Of a stretch of DNA of 64,000 nt, positions 56,473 to 64,000 are shown in pieces. A model generated the notes under the pieces. The model was not told where the DNA came from. It ran no database searches and saw nothing but the letters and a program-made list of their open reading frames with translations. The stretch spans positions 160,001 through 224,000 of the forward strand of contig CAWIIP010000004.1 in assembly GCA_963836235.1 (NCBI GenBank). Reading direction: 5' to 3'. The DNA comes from an uncultured Pseudomonadota bacterium (lineage in GTDB: Bacteria > Oederibacteriota > Muellerivitia > Muellerivitales > Muellerivitaceae). The position numbers and the translations under genes are program-made. Each line of letters begins with the position of its first letter. The stretch's first letter is position 1.

Positions 56473-57579
56473 TTAGGGCATGGGGAAGACGGGTTTTTTA
56501 AGGCCATACTTCCAGAGGATGGAAGCCGCTTTGAAGTTTGGGGGAGTGACGGCTTGGAAGCCCTGGATGGAATAGACATCCTCAGGAACAACGACACCCT
56601 GAAAAACAGACGTCCAACAGAAACTTAAAGTCTTGATGATTGGGGGGAACGGAGCAGGGAAAAGCGCCCTGCTCCTGGGCCTTCCCCCTGGATTGAAATA
56701 TCCCGCAAAGATCGCGGAATGATTTCAATCCACCCCTTTCCTCAGGGGCTTCCGCCCCCGAACCCCTGACCAAAGGAACATCCCTTTGGAATCCCTTAAA
56801 ACCGTCCGTGAGGGATTGGAGTGGTCGCGTTGAAGTTTCCCTTTCCTTTCCCTTTGGGGACCCCGCCAAGCCGAAATCCCCCTCCCCGTCTTGCTAGCCA
56901 GCCAAATTTTTTTAGCCCTTCGGGGAATGGAATTTTGGAGGCTACAAGCCGGGGAGGGGTCTTGTCGGATTGGCCCTCCCACAAAGGCGGCTCCCCGCCT
57001 GGGCGACAACAAACGCCGCCCTGGCAGGAAGCCGATAAAGGAAAGGGGAGTTTGAGTCCTCAGTGCCGTTTCAAAAATGGAAAATTTCGGCGTGACATAA
57101 CAACACCGCCTCGGTTTCCCATTTTTGAAAGGCTGAAAGCCGTGCCCCTGAAAGGCAGGGGCACCGGCCCTTCGGGTATCGGGGATTCATTAAAACCTTC
57201 CTAGTGGATCTTGGTAGTTATTCCTTCCTGAAGTTCAGTAGCAAACCCAATCAAGCAGACATAGAGGTCCGGTAGTCCAGGACTTAGGACGATGGACAGT
57301 TTCGGGATTTCGTCCCGAGGCCCAATGACGGTTTTTCTTCGTTCACGGCCACCCTTGCGAAGTTCGCAACTTTTGCGCCAGCCGAAAAGCACGGCTGTCA
57401 CAAAAGCGAGGGATGGCCTTTCTTTTTTTGTTCTCCCTTCGTCTCAGAACGTTCCCAAGCACGAAATCCCAAAACTCCTTCTTTGCCTTCCCCTCCCCCC
57501 TCTGTTTTTGAGGGGGGAGGCGGAAGGCGGTTTCAAAAAGGCGAAGAGCCTTCAAAAAAAATAAAGGGGGTGATGGGAC

Positions 57580-57708
57580 ATGACGGAAGAAATCAAGGAG
57601 AAGCGGGAAGAGAAACCGGAAGGAATCCAAGGCGAGGGCTGGAAGGTCAGCGACGAGGAAATCGACCGGGTCATCAAAAAGCTGGAAGAAGGTTGGCTTG
57701 GATTTTAA
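57580..57708 (+). CDS. 42-aa acidic hypothetical protein (below the ORF-track cutoff)
   Basis: MTEEIKEKREEKPEGIQGEGWKVSDEEIDRVIKKLEEGWLGF; G-rich RBS upstream; first ORF of the ardC cluster. Confidence 0.5.
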   Translation: MTEEIKEKREEKPEGIQGEGWKVSDEEIDRVIKKLEEGWLGF

Positions 57709-57717
57709 GGGGGAGTT

Positions 57718-57951
57718 ATGGCGCATCCATCGTTTCAGGTCGGGAAGTTCAAAGTTTTAGGCCGGTATGAAATTCACTTTGGGAAAGACGGTGAAGGGTT
57801 CTTCTTTTACGAAATCGAAGACCTGGAAACCTTTGCCATGGTGGACGTCAAGGACGGCCTGACCGAGGGCGAGTTTTTGGAGGCGGTCGGATGCGCCATG
57901 AACCCTATGGAGTTCTTTGTTTTTCAAAAACTAATTCACTCAAACACATAA
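57718..57951 (+). CDS. Small acidic hypothetical protein
   Basis: GGGGAG RBS; co-oriented with ardC. Confidence 0.6.
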   Translation: MAHPSFQVGKFKVLGRYEIHFGKDGEGFFFYEIEDLETFAMVDVKDGLTEGEFLEAVGCAMNPMEFFVFQKLIHSNT

Positions 57952-57963
57952 GGAGGCAGAGCC

Positions 57964-58845
57964 ATGAAAAGAAATATCGCAGAGGAAATCACCAACCGGA
58001 TTTTAGAGGACTTGGAAAAAGGCGTCACGCCTTGGGAGAAGCCCTGGAAGGCAGGGCGGGGGCTACCCCTGCCCCTCAACGCCAGCACCGGGAAGCACTA
58101 CCGGGGAATCAATGTCTTTGTCCTTTGGGATCAAGCCATAGCGAAGGGCTATTCCACCCCCTCTTGGGTGACTTTCAACCAAGCCAACGGACTTAAAGGC
58201 CACGTCAAGAAAGGCGAGAAGGGAACCGACGTTGTTTTTTACAAGCCGATTTCCAAAACCAAGAGCTTAAACCTTGAGGACGAGGTTTTGGTGGACCAGC
58301 AGACCTTTTGGGTTCTTCGAACCTACACGGTTTTTAACCTGGACCAAGTGGACGGACTTGACCACCTAAAACTGAAACCCGAACCGATGGAACCCTTTGT
58401 GGCCATCGAGGAAGCGGACGGGCTTTTGATTGATTCGGGAGCCGAGATTATCCACGCCCCTATTGACCAAGCCTTCTATGACCGCAAGAAGGATTTCATC
58501 ACTCTTCCCTTGAGGGAGAGCTTCGTGAGCCGGGAGAGTTTTTACGGGGTCGCCCTCCACGAGGTCACCCACTGGACCGGACATTCGACACGGTTGAACC
58601 GGGAATTCGGGAAGCGGTACGGGGACCAAGCCTACGCCTTTGAGGAACTGGTGGCCGAAATGGGAGCGGCTTTCCTTTGCGCTACTTGCGGCATTCCTTA
58701 CGCTACCCGGCATTCCAACTACATCGGGGACTGGATTCAGGTTTTGAAGGACCACAAGCGGGCCATCTTCACGGCGGCGGCCAAGGCCCAAGCCGCCATG
58801 GATTTTGTTTTGAAAAGAACGGGTGAGGAGGCGGCGGTGGCTTAA
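57964..58845 (+). CDS. ardC: ArdC antirestriction / ssDNA-binding protein
   Basis: PWEKPW, YRGINVFVLW, WVTFNQ, VFNLDQ, HEVTHWTGH, YAFEELVAE. Confidence 0.93.
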   Translation: MKRNIAEEITNRILEDLEKGVTPWEKPWKAGRGLPLPLNASTGKHYRGINVFVLWDQAIAKGYSTPSWVTFNQANGLKGHVKKGEKGTDVVFYKPISKTKSLNLEDEVLVDQQTFWVLRTYTVFNLDQVDGLDHLKLKPEPMEPFVAIEEADGLLIDSGAEIIHAPIDQAFYDRKKDFITLPLRESFVSRESFYGVALHEVTHWTGHSTRLNREFGKRYGDQAYAFEELVAEMGAAFLCATCGIPYATRHSNYIGDWIQVLKDHKRAIFTAAAKAQAAMDFVLKRTGEEAAVA

Positions 58846-58846
58846 A

Positions 58847-58919
58847 GGCCGAAATACCGGCTTCCTCGAAAAGGTGAGGCGACCGGTATCAACGGGTTAT
58901 GCCCGTTCTGACGAAGGCC
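58847..58919 (+). ncRNA. Type II hammerhead ribozyme
   Basis: GGCC-GAAA-TACCGG[loop]CCGGTA-TC-AACGGG[loop]CCCGTT-CTGACGA-A-GGCC: complete core with three stems and an AUC cleavage triplet. Confidence 0.85.
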
Positions 58920-58943
58920 AGATTTTTTTAAGGAGGAAATAGC

Positions 58944-59171
58944 ATGACCAAAGAAATCGCAAAGGAACTTTGGCCGGAAGTTTATGAAGCCGTCCGCGAG
59001 GAAGCGAGATCAGCGGCGGTTTGCATGAAAGCGGCCATGTTCGTGGTGTGGGACCCCACGGACTCAAACCAGAAGGTCCATTGGGCAAGCCCGGTTTGTT
59101 TCAACGAGTTATTCCCTAAAGCCGCCGAGGTCATCGAGGTTGTCGGACCTTATGCCCGGCGGGTGCTGTAA
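58944..59171 (+). CDS. Small hypothetical protein downstream of the ribozyme
   Basis: AGGAGG RBS at 58931-58936. Confidence 0.65.
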   Translation: MTKEIAKELWPEVYEAVREEARSAAVCMKAAMFVVWDPTDSNQKVHWASPVCFNELFPKAAEVIEVVGPYARRVL

Positions 59172-59225
59172 GGCAAACCACAAAACGGGGCGTCCATAAG
59201 GTGGATGCCCCGAAAGGAGATTTCC

Positions 59226-59555
59226 GTGTTTAAGCCAATCGAAGAACTATTGGATAAGCCCGAGGCTTTGGCTGACATGCCAGCCTTGTACGCCACCGAG
59301 GGGCAAGAACTGGATGACCACCGCTTGCTCCTCCGGTTTTATCATCCCCTGTGCCAGTGGTCGTGGTACGCCGTGGAGTATAACTCCGAAGAGCGGGTTT
59401 TCTTTGGATGGACTGACGGGCAATTCCAGGAGTGGGGTTATTTCAGCCTGCTGGAAATGGCTTTTGTGGAAGTGAAGGGAGTCCCTGTTTTTTGGGACGT
59501 AGATTTCAAACCGGTTCGTTTTGGTGACTTAAAGGCCAGCTTGAGGAATGCTTAA
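59226..59555 (+). CDS. DUF2958-like protein
   Basis: PALYATE, RFYHP..WSWYAVE, FFG..EWGYFSLLEM; GTG start after AGGAG, preceded by hairpin CGGGGCGTCCA/TGGATGCCCCG. Confidence 0.75.
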   Translation: MFKPIEELLDKPEALADMPALYATEGQELDDHRLLLRFYHPLCQWSWYAVEYNSEERVFFGWTDGQFQEWGYFSLLEMAFVEVKGVPVFWDVDFKPVRFGDLKASLRNA

Positions 59556-59808
59556 GGGTAACCAACGGCCACCTTCGCCGGTGTGTCTTCGTGACCGAAG
59601 GTGGCGGGCTTTGGAACAGGATGGAAAGGTAGGTAGTGGTTTTTAAGGTCTGGCTCCGAGGGCTCGCCCTCAATTCGTGAAAGAATTATTCGTTATTCCT
59701 CCGAAGCCGGAAGGCTTCTTTTCGTCAATCAGGCCCTTGCCGTTATAATGCCTTTCAAGCCGATTCTGAAAGAGGGTAAAATTGATGAAATTGTGAGGGG
59801 GAATTTCT

Positions 59809-62436
59809 GTGCCTAAATATTTACGGCTCTACAACCAATTTGTTAATTTCGTAAAAATGGTGGAGAAAGAATTAACTACCGATTACGAACGTAAACTCAT
59901 CAATCTAATTTTGGAGGATTTTGACGCGATAAAGGACAAGAAAGCCACCAAGGGTTTGCGGGGGAAACACCTTTACGAGTTGATTAAGAAAAAAGGAAAA
60001 AGTGTTTCGCCTACGATCACGGTTTCTTCGACTAACACTCAGTCAGGTGGGTTTTCTTTCGTCGGTCTTGATTCCATTGTGGTAGAACATTTTCGGGGGT
60101 TCTCCGAAAAAGAGACATTCAAATTCGACCGTCCATTCACGTTTGTCTTCGGCCCAAATGGAAGCGGTAAATCCAGCCTCTGTGAAGCGCTCGAATTCTC
60201 CATGCTTGGATACATCCAGGAAGCAATAGCCAAAGATATCGACGTCCAAGAGTACACGACCAACTGTTTCGATGAAAAGCAAAGTGATCCCGTCCTTAAG
60301 GCAAAGGATGCATCGGGGAATATCATCGACATTTCCCAGAACCAAGACTTGCAATTCTGTTTCATAGAAAAAAGCCGGATCGAAAGCTTTGCAAGGATTT
60401 CAGCAAACACCCCGAAAAAGATGGAGGAGCAACTCGCAACATTGTTTGGCCTGGATGAGTTCAACGAATTTGTCGGAGATTTTAACAAGAAGGTTGACGA
60501 TTATTTTGAAATGGATTCTCTTAAGGCAAGGGAATATGAGGCCAAAAGCGCCGGGATGCCGGGCATTAGGGAGAACCTGGAAGGGGAAAAAAAGAAGAAG
60601 GGGGAAGCAGAAGCCAAGATTGCTGAAATTGTAAAAAACTCCGGGATTCCCTCGGTGGGGGATTTCGAATTTGCGTTTGTAAGCCCGAAAACAGGAACTA
60701 AGACCAAACTGGAAGAAATGAGCGAAAAACTTTCAGCGCCGACGTCCCAATCTCTCGTTTTTCCAACGGTTATCAAAATAGTGGAGGATATCAAGGCGGC
60801 GAAAACCGCTTTGGTTCCGCTAACCGCAATTCGGAGCCAGTTGACCTCCCGCAAAAAAGAATTCCAATTCCGCGATCTTTTCGAAGCTGCGTCCGTAGTT
60901 GAAACTTTATGGACAGAATCCTGTCCCCTGTGCGAAACGCCAATGGATGAAGTCCACAAACATCCATACGACAACGCCCGTGCCAAACTGAAGGAACTGG
61001 AGACACTTGCCGCTTTTGAAAATCAGGAAGAAAAAGATTATGAGATATTTTTGGAAAAGATAGACGCCATGGATAAATCCACCGAATCTTTCAACGCTGT
61101 CCTGGTCTCCAATGGGAAAGATTCCTTTCAGTTCGACGCCATCCCTTGGCCCGGGAAGAACAGGGCGGACAGGGATCTTGCCATTGCACACCACGAAACG
61201 GTTGAAATATTTACAAACCAAAGAATGAAAGAATTGGTCGAGGCGGAGGCTTCATTAACAGCAATTAATTCCAAGATTCAAGACGAAATGAAAGCAAAAG
61301 CCGTTCTTCGGGCTGAATACGAACGGCTAAAAATTGAAAAAGACAGTTATATACAAGAAAAAGCTAATGTGAAAAATTGCGATGACCGAATCCAACAAGC
61401 GGAAAAAACGATTGCAACTTTTGAAGCCGAAACAGCCACTCTGAAAGCAGAGGTCCAGTCAGAAAAGGAACGTATTGACCAAAATAAACTATGGCTTTCG
61501 GCTTACGATAGCTTTAAGGAAAAGCTCGACGTCTATAAAGATCAACTACCCCTCAGGTACGTACAAAAACTCAGCGAGCTTACGTGTTCGATCTACAACC
61601 AATTAAATCAGCATGACCGGGAATATGAAAAGGCGTTATCAATTGATCTTCCTAAAACCACTGCCGATTCCATCAAGATAGAATTCGCCAAAAATCCCGG
61701 TTCTAAATTTGATGCCTTGCTTGTATTAAGCGAAGGGCATCTGCGGTGCTTAGGGCTCTCGATACTCATGGCGAAGAACATTGATGACAATTGCCCGGTG
61801 ATAATTTTTGACGATGTGGTTAATGCAATCGACGACGAACATAGGAGCGGAGTGGCCGACCTCCTCTTTGAATTTGATCGGTTGCGGGGTAAACAGATAA
61901 TACTAACGACCCACGCTGAACATTTCATATCCGACCTTCAATTGAAAGTGCCGGCCCAGAACAAGAAGGATTTGATTCATGTCTATAATTTTCAATCAGA
62001 TGAAAAAAGGCGGAAAATAAATATTGATTCCAAATCCCGGAATCATCTTGAACGCGCCGATGAACATTATTCCGACGGACGAATGGACGATACGCTTCAT
62101 AGCTGTAGGTTGGCACTTGATAACATTGCCGAGGCTTTATGGAAAAGACTATGGAAAAAGGGTTATGCCGCAACAATTAGGGTTCCTCTAAGAGAACTCC
62201 ATGCCAAGCCGGATACAAAAAATGCCATCGAAGCATTGAAATCCTTCATCAAGACTAAGAATGTTACTGAATTTATAGGGACTGATGAGCATTTTGAGTA
62301 TTTGTTACAGGAGGATGTCTGGAGCCAATTTAATATTGCTTCTCATGAAATGGGAGGTAAACCGACTTTCAACAACGCCATCATTAAGGAAATTGTGGGT
62401 AGGTGTTATAAGATCGATGCGATTGTAAAAAGCTAA
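59809..62436 (+). CDS. Rad50/SMC-like ABC ATPase with zinc hook and HEPN-like C-terminus (RloC-like)
   Basis: GPNGSGKS, coiled coil with CPLC, LSEGH, IFDDVVNAID, TTH; C-terminal CRLAL...NIASH. Confidence 0.7.
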   Translation: MPKYLRLYNQFVNFVKMVEKELTTDYERKLINLILEDFDAIKDKKATKGLRGKHLYELIKKKGKSVSPTITVSSTNTQSGGFSFVGLDSIVVEHFRGFSEKETFKFDRPFTFVFGPNGSGKSSLCEALEFSMLGYIQEAIAKDIDVQEYTTNCFDEKQSDPVLKAKDASGNIIDISQNQDLQFCFIEKSRIESFARISANTPKKMEEQLATLFGLDEFNEFVGDFNKKVDDYFEMDSLKAREYEAKSAGMPGIRENLEGEKKKKGEAEAKIAEIVKNSGIPSVGDFEFAFVSPKTGTKTKLEEMSEKLSAPTSQSLVFPTVIKIVEDIKAAKTALVPLTAIRSQLTSRKKEFQFRDLFEAASVVETLWTESCPLCETPMDEVHKHPYDNARAKLKELETLAAFENQEEKDYEIFLEKIDAMDKSTESFNAVLVSNGKDSFQFDAIPWPGKNRADRDLAIAHHETVEIFTNQRMKELVEAEASLTAINSKIQDEMKAKAVLRAEYERLKIEKDSYIQEKANVKNCDDRIQQAEKTIATFEAETATLKAEVQSEKERIDQNKLWLSAYDSFKEKLDVYKDQLPLRYVQKLSELTCSIYNQLNQHDREYEKALSIDLPKTTADSIKIEFAKNPGSKFDALLVLSEGHLRCLGLSILMAKNIDDNCPVIIFDDVVNAIDDEHRSGVADLLFEFDRLRGKQIILTTHAEHFISDLQLKVPAQNKKDLIHVYNFQSDEKRRKINIDSKSRNHLERADEHYSDGRMDDTLHSCRLALDNIAEALWKRLWKKGYAATIRVPLRELHAKPDTKNAIEALKSFIKTKNVTEFIGTDEHFEYLLQEDVWSQFNIASHEMGGKPTFNNAIIKEIVGRCYKIDAIVKS

Positions 62437-62440
62437 TGAC

Positions 62441-62469
62441 TTGACAACGTGTCGCTAGTAAACGACAAT
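62441..62469 (+). promoter_or_regulatory. TA promoter with operator palindrome
   Basis: TTGACA-17 bp-GACAAT overlapping TGTCG-N8-CGACA. Confidence 0.6.
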
Positions 62470-62475
62470 TGATTC

Positions 62476-62826
62476 ATGGAAGCTAGGCCCCGGACCGTTA
62501 TCAACTACGCAAAACTCGACGGGGTCGAACCGGTCGATGTTTGGTTCCGTAACTTGAAAGACTTGGTAGGGAAGAAGGCTGTTTCGGACAGGATTCGAAG
62601 GGTCCGGCTGGGCACTTTGGGCCACGTTGATAATATCGGGCAAGGTGTTTGGGGGTTGAAGATTGACGTGGGGCCGGGTTACAGGGTCTATTTCGGCCAG
62701 GACGGCCCTGTGTTAGTTATCCTTCTTTGTGGAGGGGAAAAGCACGGCCAGGACAAAGATGCGGCTACGGCCAGGGAACATTGGGCAGATTATAAGAGTC
62801 GAAAGCAGAAGGAGCATGGAAAATGA
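62476..62826 (+). CDS. RelE/HigB-type addiction-module toxin
   Basis: RIRRVRLGTLG...KIDVGPGYRVYF...ILLCGGEK. Confidence 0.85.
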   Translation: MEARPRTVINYAKLDGVEPVDVWFRNLKDLVGKKAVSDRIRRVRLGTLGHVDNIGQGVWGLKIDVGPGYRVYFGQDGPVLVILLCGGEKHGQDKDAATAREHWADYKSRKQKEHGK

Positions 62827-63179
62827 AAAATAAAAAAGCCAATTCCCCGATGGGCGGTGAATTTAAAGACACTGTTGTCCGTGAGCTACAAGAGGATTCC
62901 GCATTCCGCGAAGAATATCTTAAAGACCTTTTGATAGAACAAGACCTACCTATGTTAGCTCTCGGTTTACGTGACCTTGTGGAAGCTCTAGGAGGGATCG
63001 GGAAGCTGGCAAAGGAAACCGGCCTCAACCGGCAGAACCTTTACAGAGCCCTTTCCGGGAAAGTACGCCCGGATTTTCCGACCCTTTTAAAAATTATTAA
63101 CTTCTCTGGATTCGACCTTTCCATCCAGAAGAAGTCAAAAGGGAAGCCGTCGGGCCACACCTTGGCTTTGGCGAATTAA
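62823..63179 (+). CDS. HTH addiction-module antidote
   Basis: GGIGKLAKETGLNRQNLYRALSG..PDFPTL; ATGA overlap with the toxin. Confidence 0.85.
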   Translation: MKNKKANSPMGGEFKDTVVRELQEDSAFREEYLKDLLIEQDLPMLALGLRDLVEALGGIGKLAKETGLNRQNLYRALSGKVRPDFPTLLKIINFSGFDLSIQKKSKGKPSGHTLALAN

Positions 63180-63184
63180 CTTCA

Positions 63185-64000
63185 ATGGAAGAAACGTGTT
63201 TATTTTGTGGCCAAAAAGTTTTAGTGGAAACTATCCATAACGGGCCATCTAAAAATAATCCAATTTGCCACAAGTTTAATTGTCAAACTTGTGGCCTCCA
63301 CATCCTGTCCAACGCAGTGCACGCCAAAAAGAAATCCGGTCAATTATTGGGTACTCCTCAAGAATTGGTGAATTGCGGTTCTAAATCTTTGGAGGTGAAA
63401 AAGGAATATCCAAAAAAGATTTCGTATTGGGTATTAGACGAAAATTCTCCCCAAGTAGAAGAGTTGAAAAATCATCCTGAAGTAGTTGTGTGTGTTTTTG
63501 AAGAAATAAAGCATTCAACTGTAGAACATGCAAATAAACCTTATGTTTTATTGGAACAGATTTCCAAAAGGGCTTCAAAAGATGGGGCTTATAAATATTC
63601 CCCCGTACTTAAGGAGGATGTTTGTTTTTCAAAAATTCCTGATTTGGAAGAATTGAAAACGTTAATAACCTTTTTGGTTGAAAAGGGATTGGTTCAACAA
63701 AAAGGAACTTTTAGTGATGAAGATTTGGCTAGAAAAGATATTTCTCCTCATAATGTCCGTTTAACTGTTGAGGGGTGGGATTTCATTTGGCGGAAGAACT
63801 CATTTCCAAATACAAATAAAGTATTTATTGGAATTCAGTTCAATTGGGAAGATGAATCGTTGCGTGAAGAAGTTCTTAAATCTATTAAAAACGCCTGCAA
63901 AAAAAACAACTATGATGCAGATATTGTTACTCAGGATCACACAGGGAATGTAACGGATCAAATAATATCAGAGATTAAAAAATCAAGATTCATGGTTGCT
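63185..64000 (+). CDS. Truncated ORF: Zn ribbon + wHTH-like + nucleoside-deoxyribosyltransferase/TIR-like domain
   Basis: Translated by hand: MEETCLFCG...CQTCG...RLTVEGW...KVFIGIQF...IISEIKKSRFMVA, open to the window end (absent from the ORF track). Confidence 0.65.
   Translation, partial: MEETCLFCGQKVLVETIHNGPSKNNPICHKFNCQTCGLHILSNAVHAKKKSGQLLGTPQELVNCGSKSLEVKKEYPKKISYWVLDENSPQVEELKNHPEVVVCVFEEIKHSTVEHANKPYVLLEQISKRASKDGAYKYSPVLKEDVCFSKIPDLEELKTLITFLVEKGLVQQKGTFSDEDLARKDISPHNVRLTVEGWDFIWRKNSFPNTNKVFIGIQFNWEDESLREEVLKSIKNACKKNNYDADIVTQDHTGNVTDQIISEIKKSRFMVA

Noticed and set aside
56030-57770. Overlapping 60-150 aa ORFs in the hairpin tract
   Set aside because: Low-complexity P/R/G-rich translations on both strands with no recognisable motifs; better explained as non-coding structure.
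59565-59612. HDV-like ribozyme in the hairpin after the DUF2958-like gene
   Set aside because: P3/L3 spacing and the P4/catalytic C region do not fit; it is a simple GCCACCTTCG/CGAAGGTGGC hairpin.
508-63953. Numerous short antisense or alternate-frame ORFs in the track
   Set aside because: Nested within longer motif-bearing CDSs with no independent evidence.

Overview
No housekeeping genes are visible; the whole 64 kb reads as a defence-rich integrative/conjugative element (or two tandem relatives). Left to right: (i) defence cargo at 1-22.8 kb: TM0106-type nuclease-helicase, a short type II CBASS (patatin effector, CD-NTase, lone E2 with SEC-C motif), CoiA-like nuclease, a BREX-related operon (DUF499 ATPase, PglZ-like phosphatase, embedded RHH/PIN pair, DUF1156 adenine methyltransferase, small protein, SNF2 helicase) and Hachiman. 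(ii) An XRE-repressor-flanked transfer operon at 23.3-37.1 kb: lipoproteins, a probable beta-barrel, VirB2/B6/B3/B4/B8-like genes, TPR-GGDEF, SpoVG-like, xis and tyrosine integrase. (iii) A tRNA-Thr(UGU) 3'-half att core with arm-like repeats on both sides, followed by a coupling protein and a Replic_Relax-type relaxase, so the junction looks like attP. (iv) Further cargo: membrane protein + MBL hydrolase + E2-E1 + JAB, SRAP, a second CoiA-like gene with nonsense codons, PIN-GNAT-PUA + ASCH, a structured RNA leader, umuDC. (v) A hairpin-rich non-coding tract and an ardC leading-region-like operon containing a type II hammerhead ribozyme. (vi) An RloC-like ATPase, a RelE/HigB-type TA pair and a truncated ORF. 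All family calls come from motif recognition by eye; no database searches were run.
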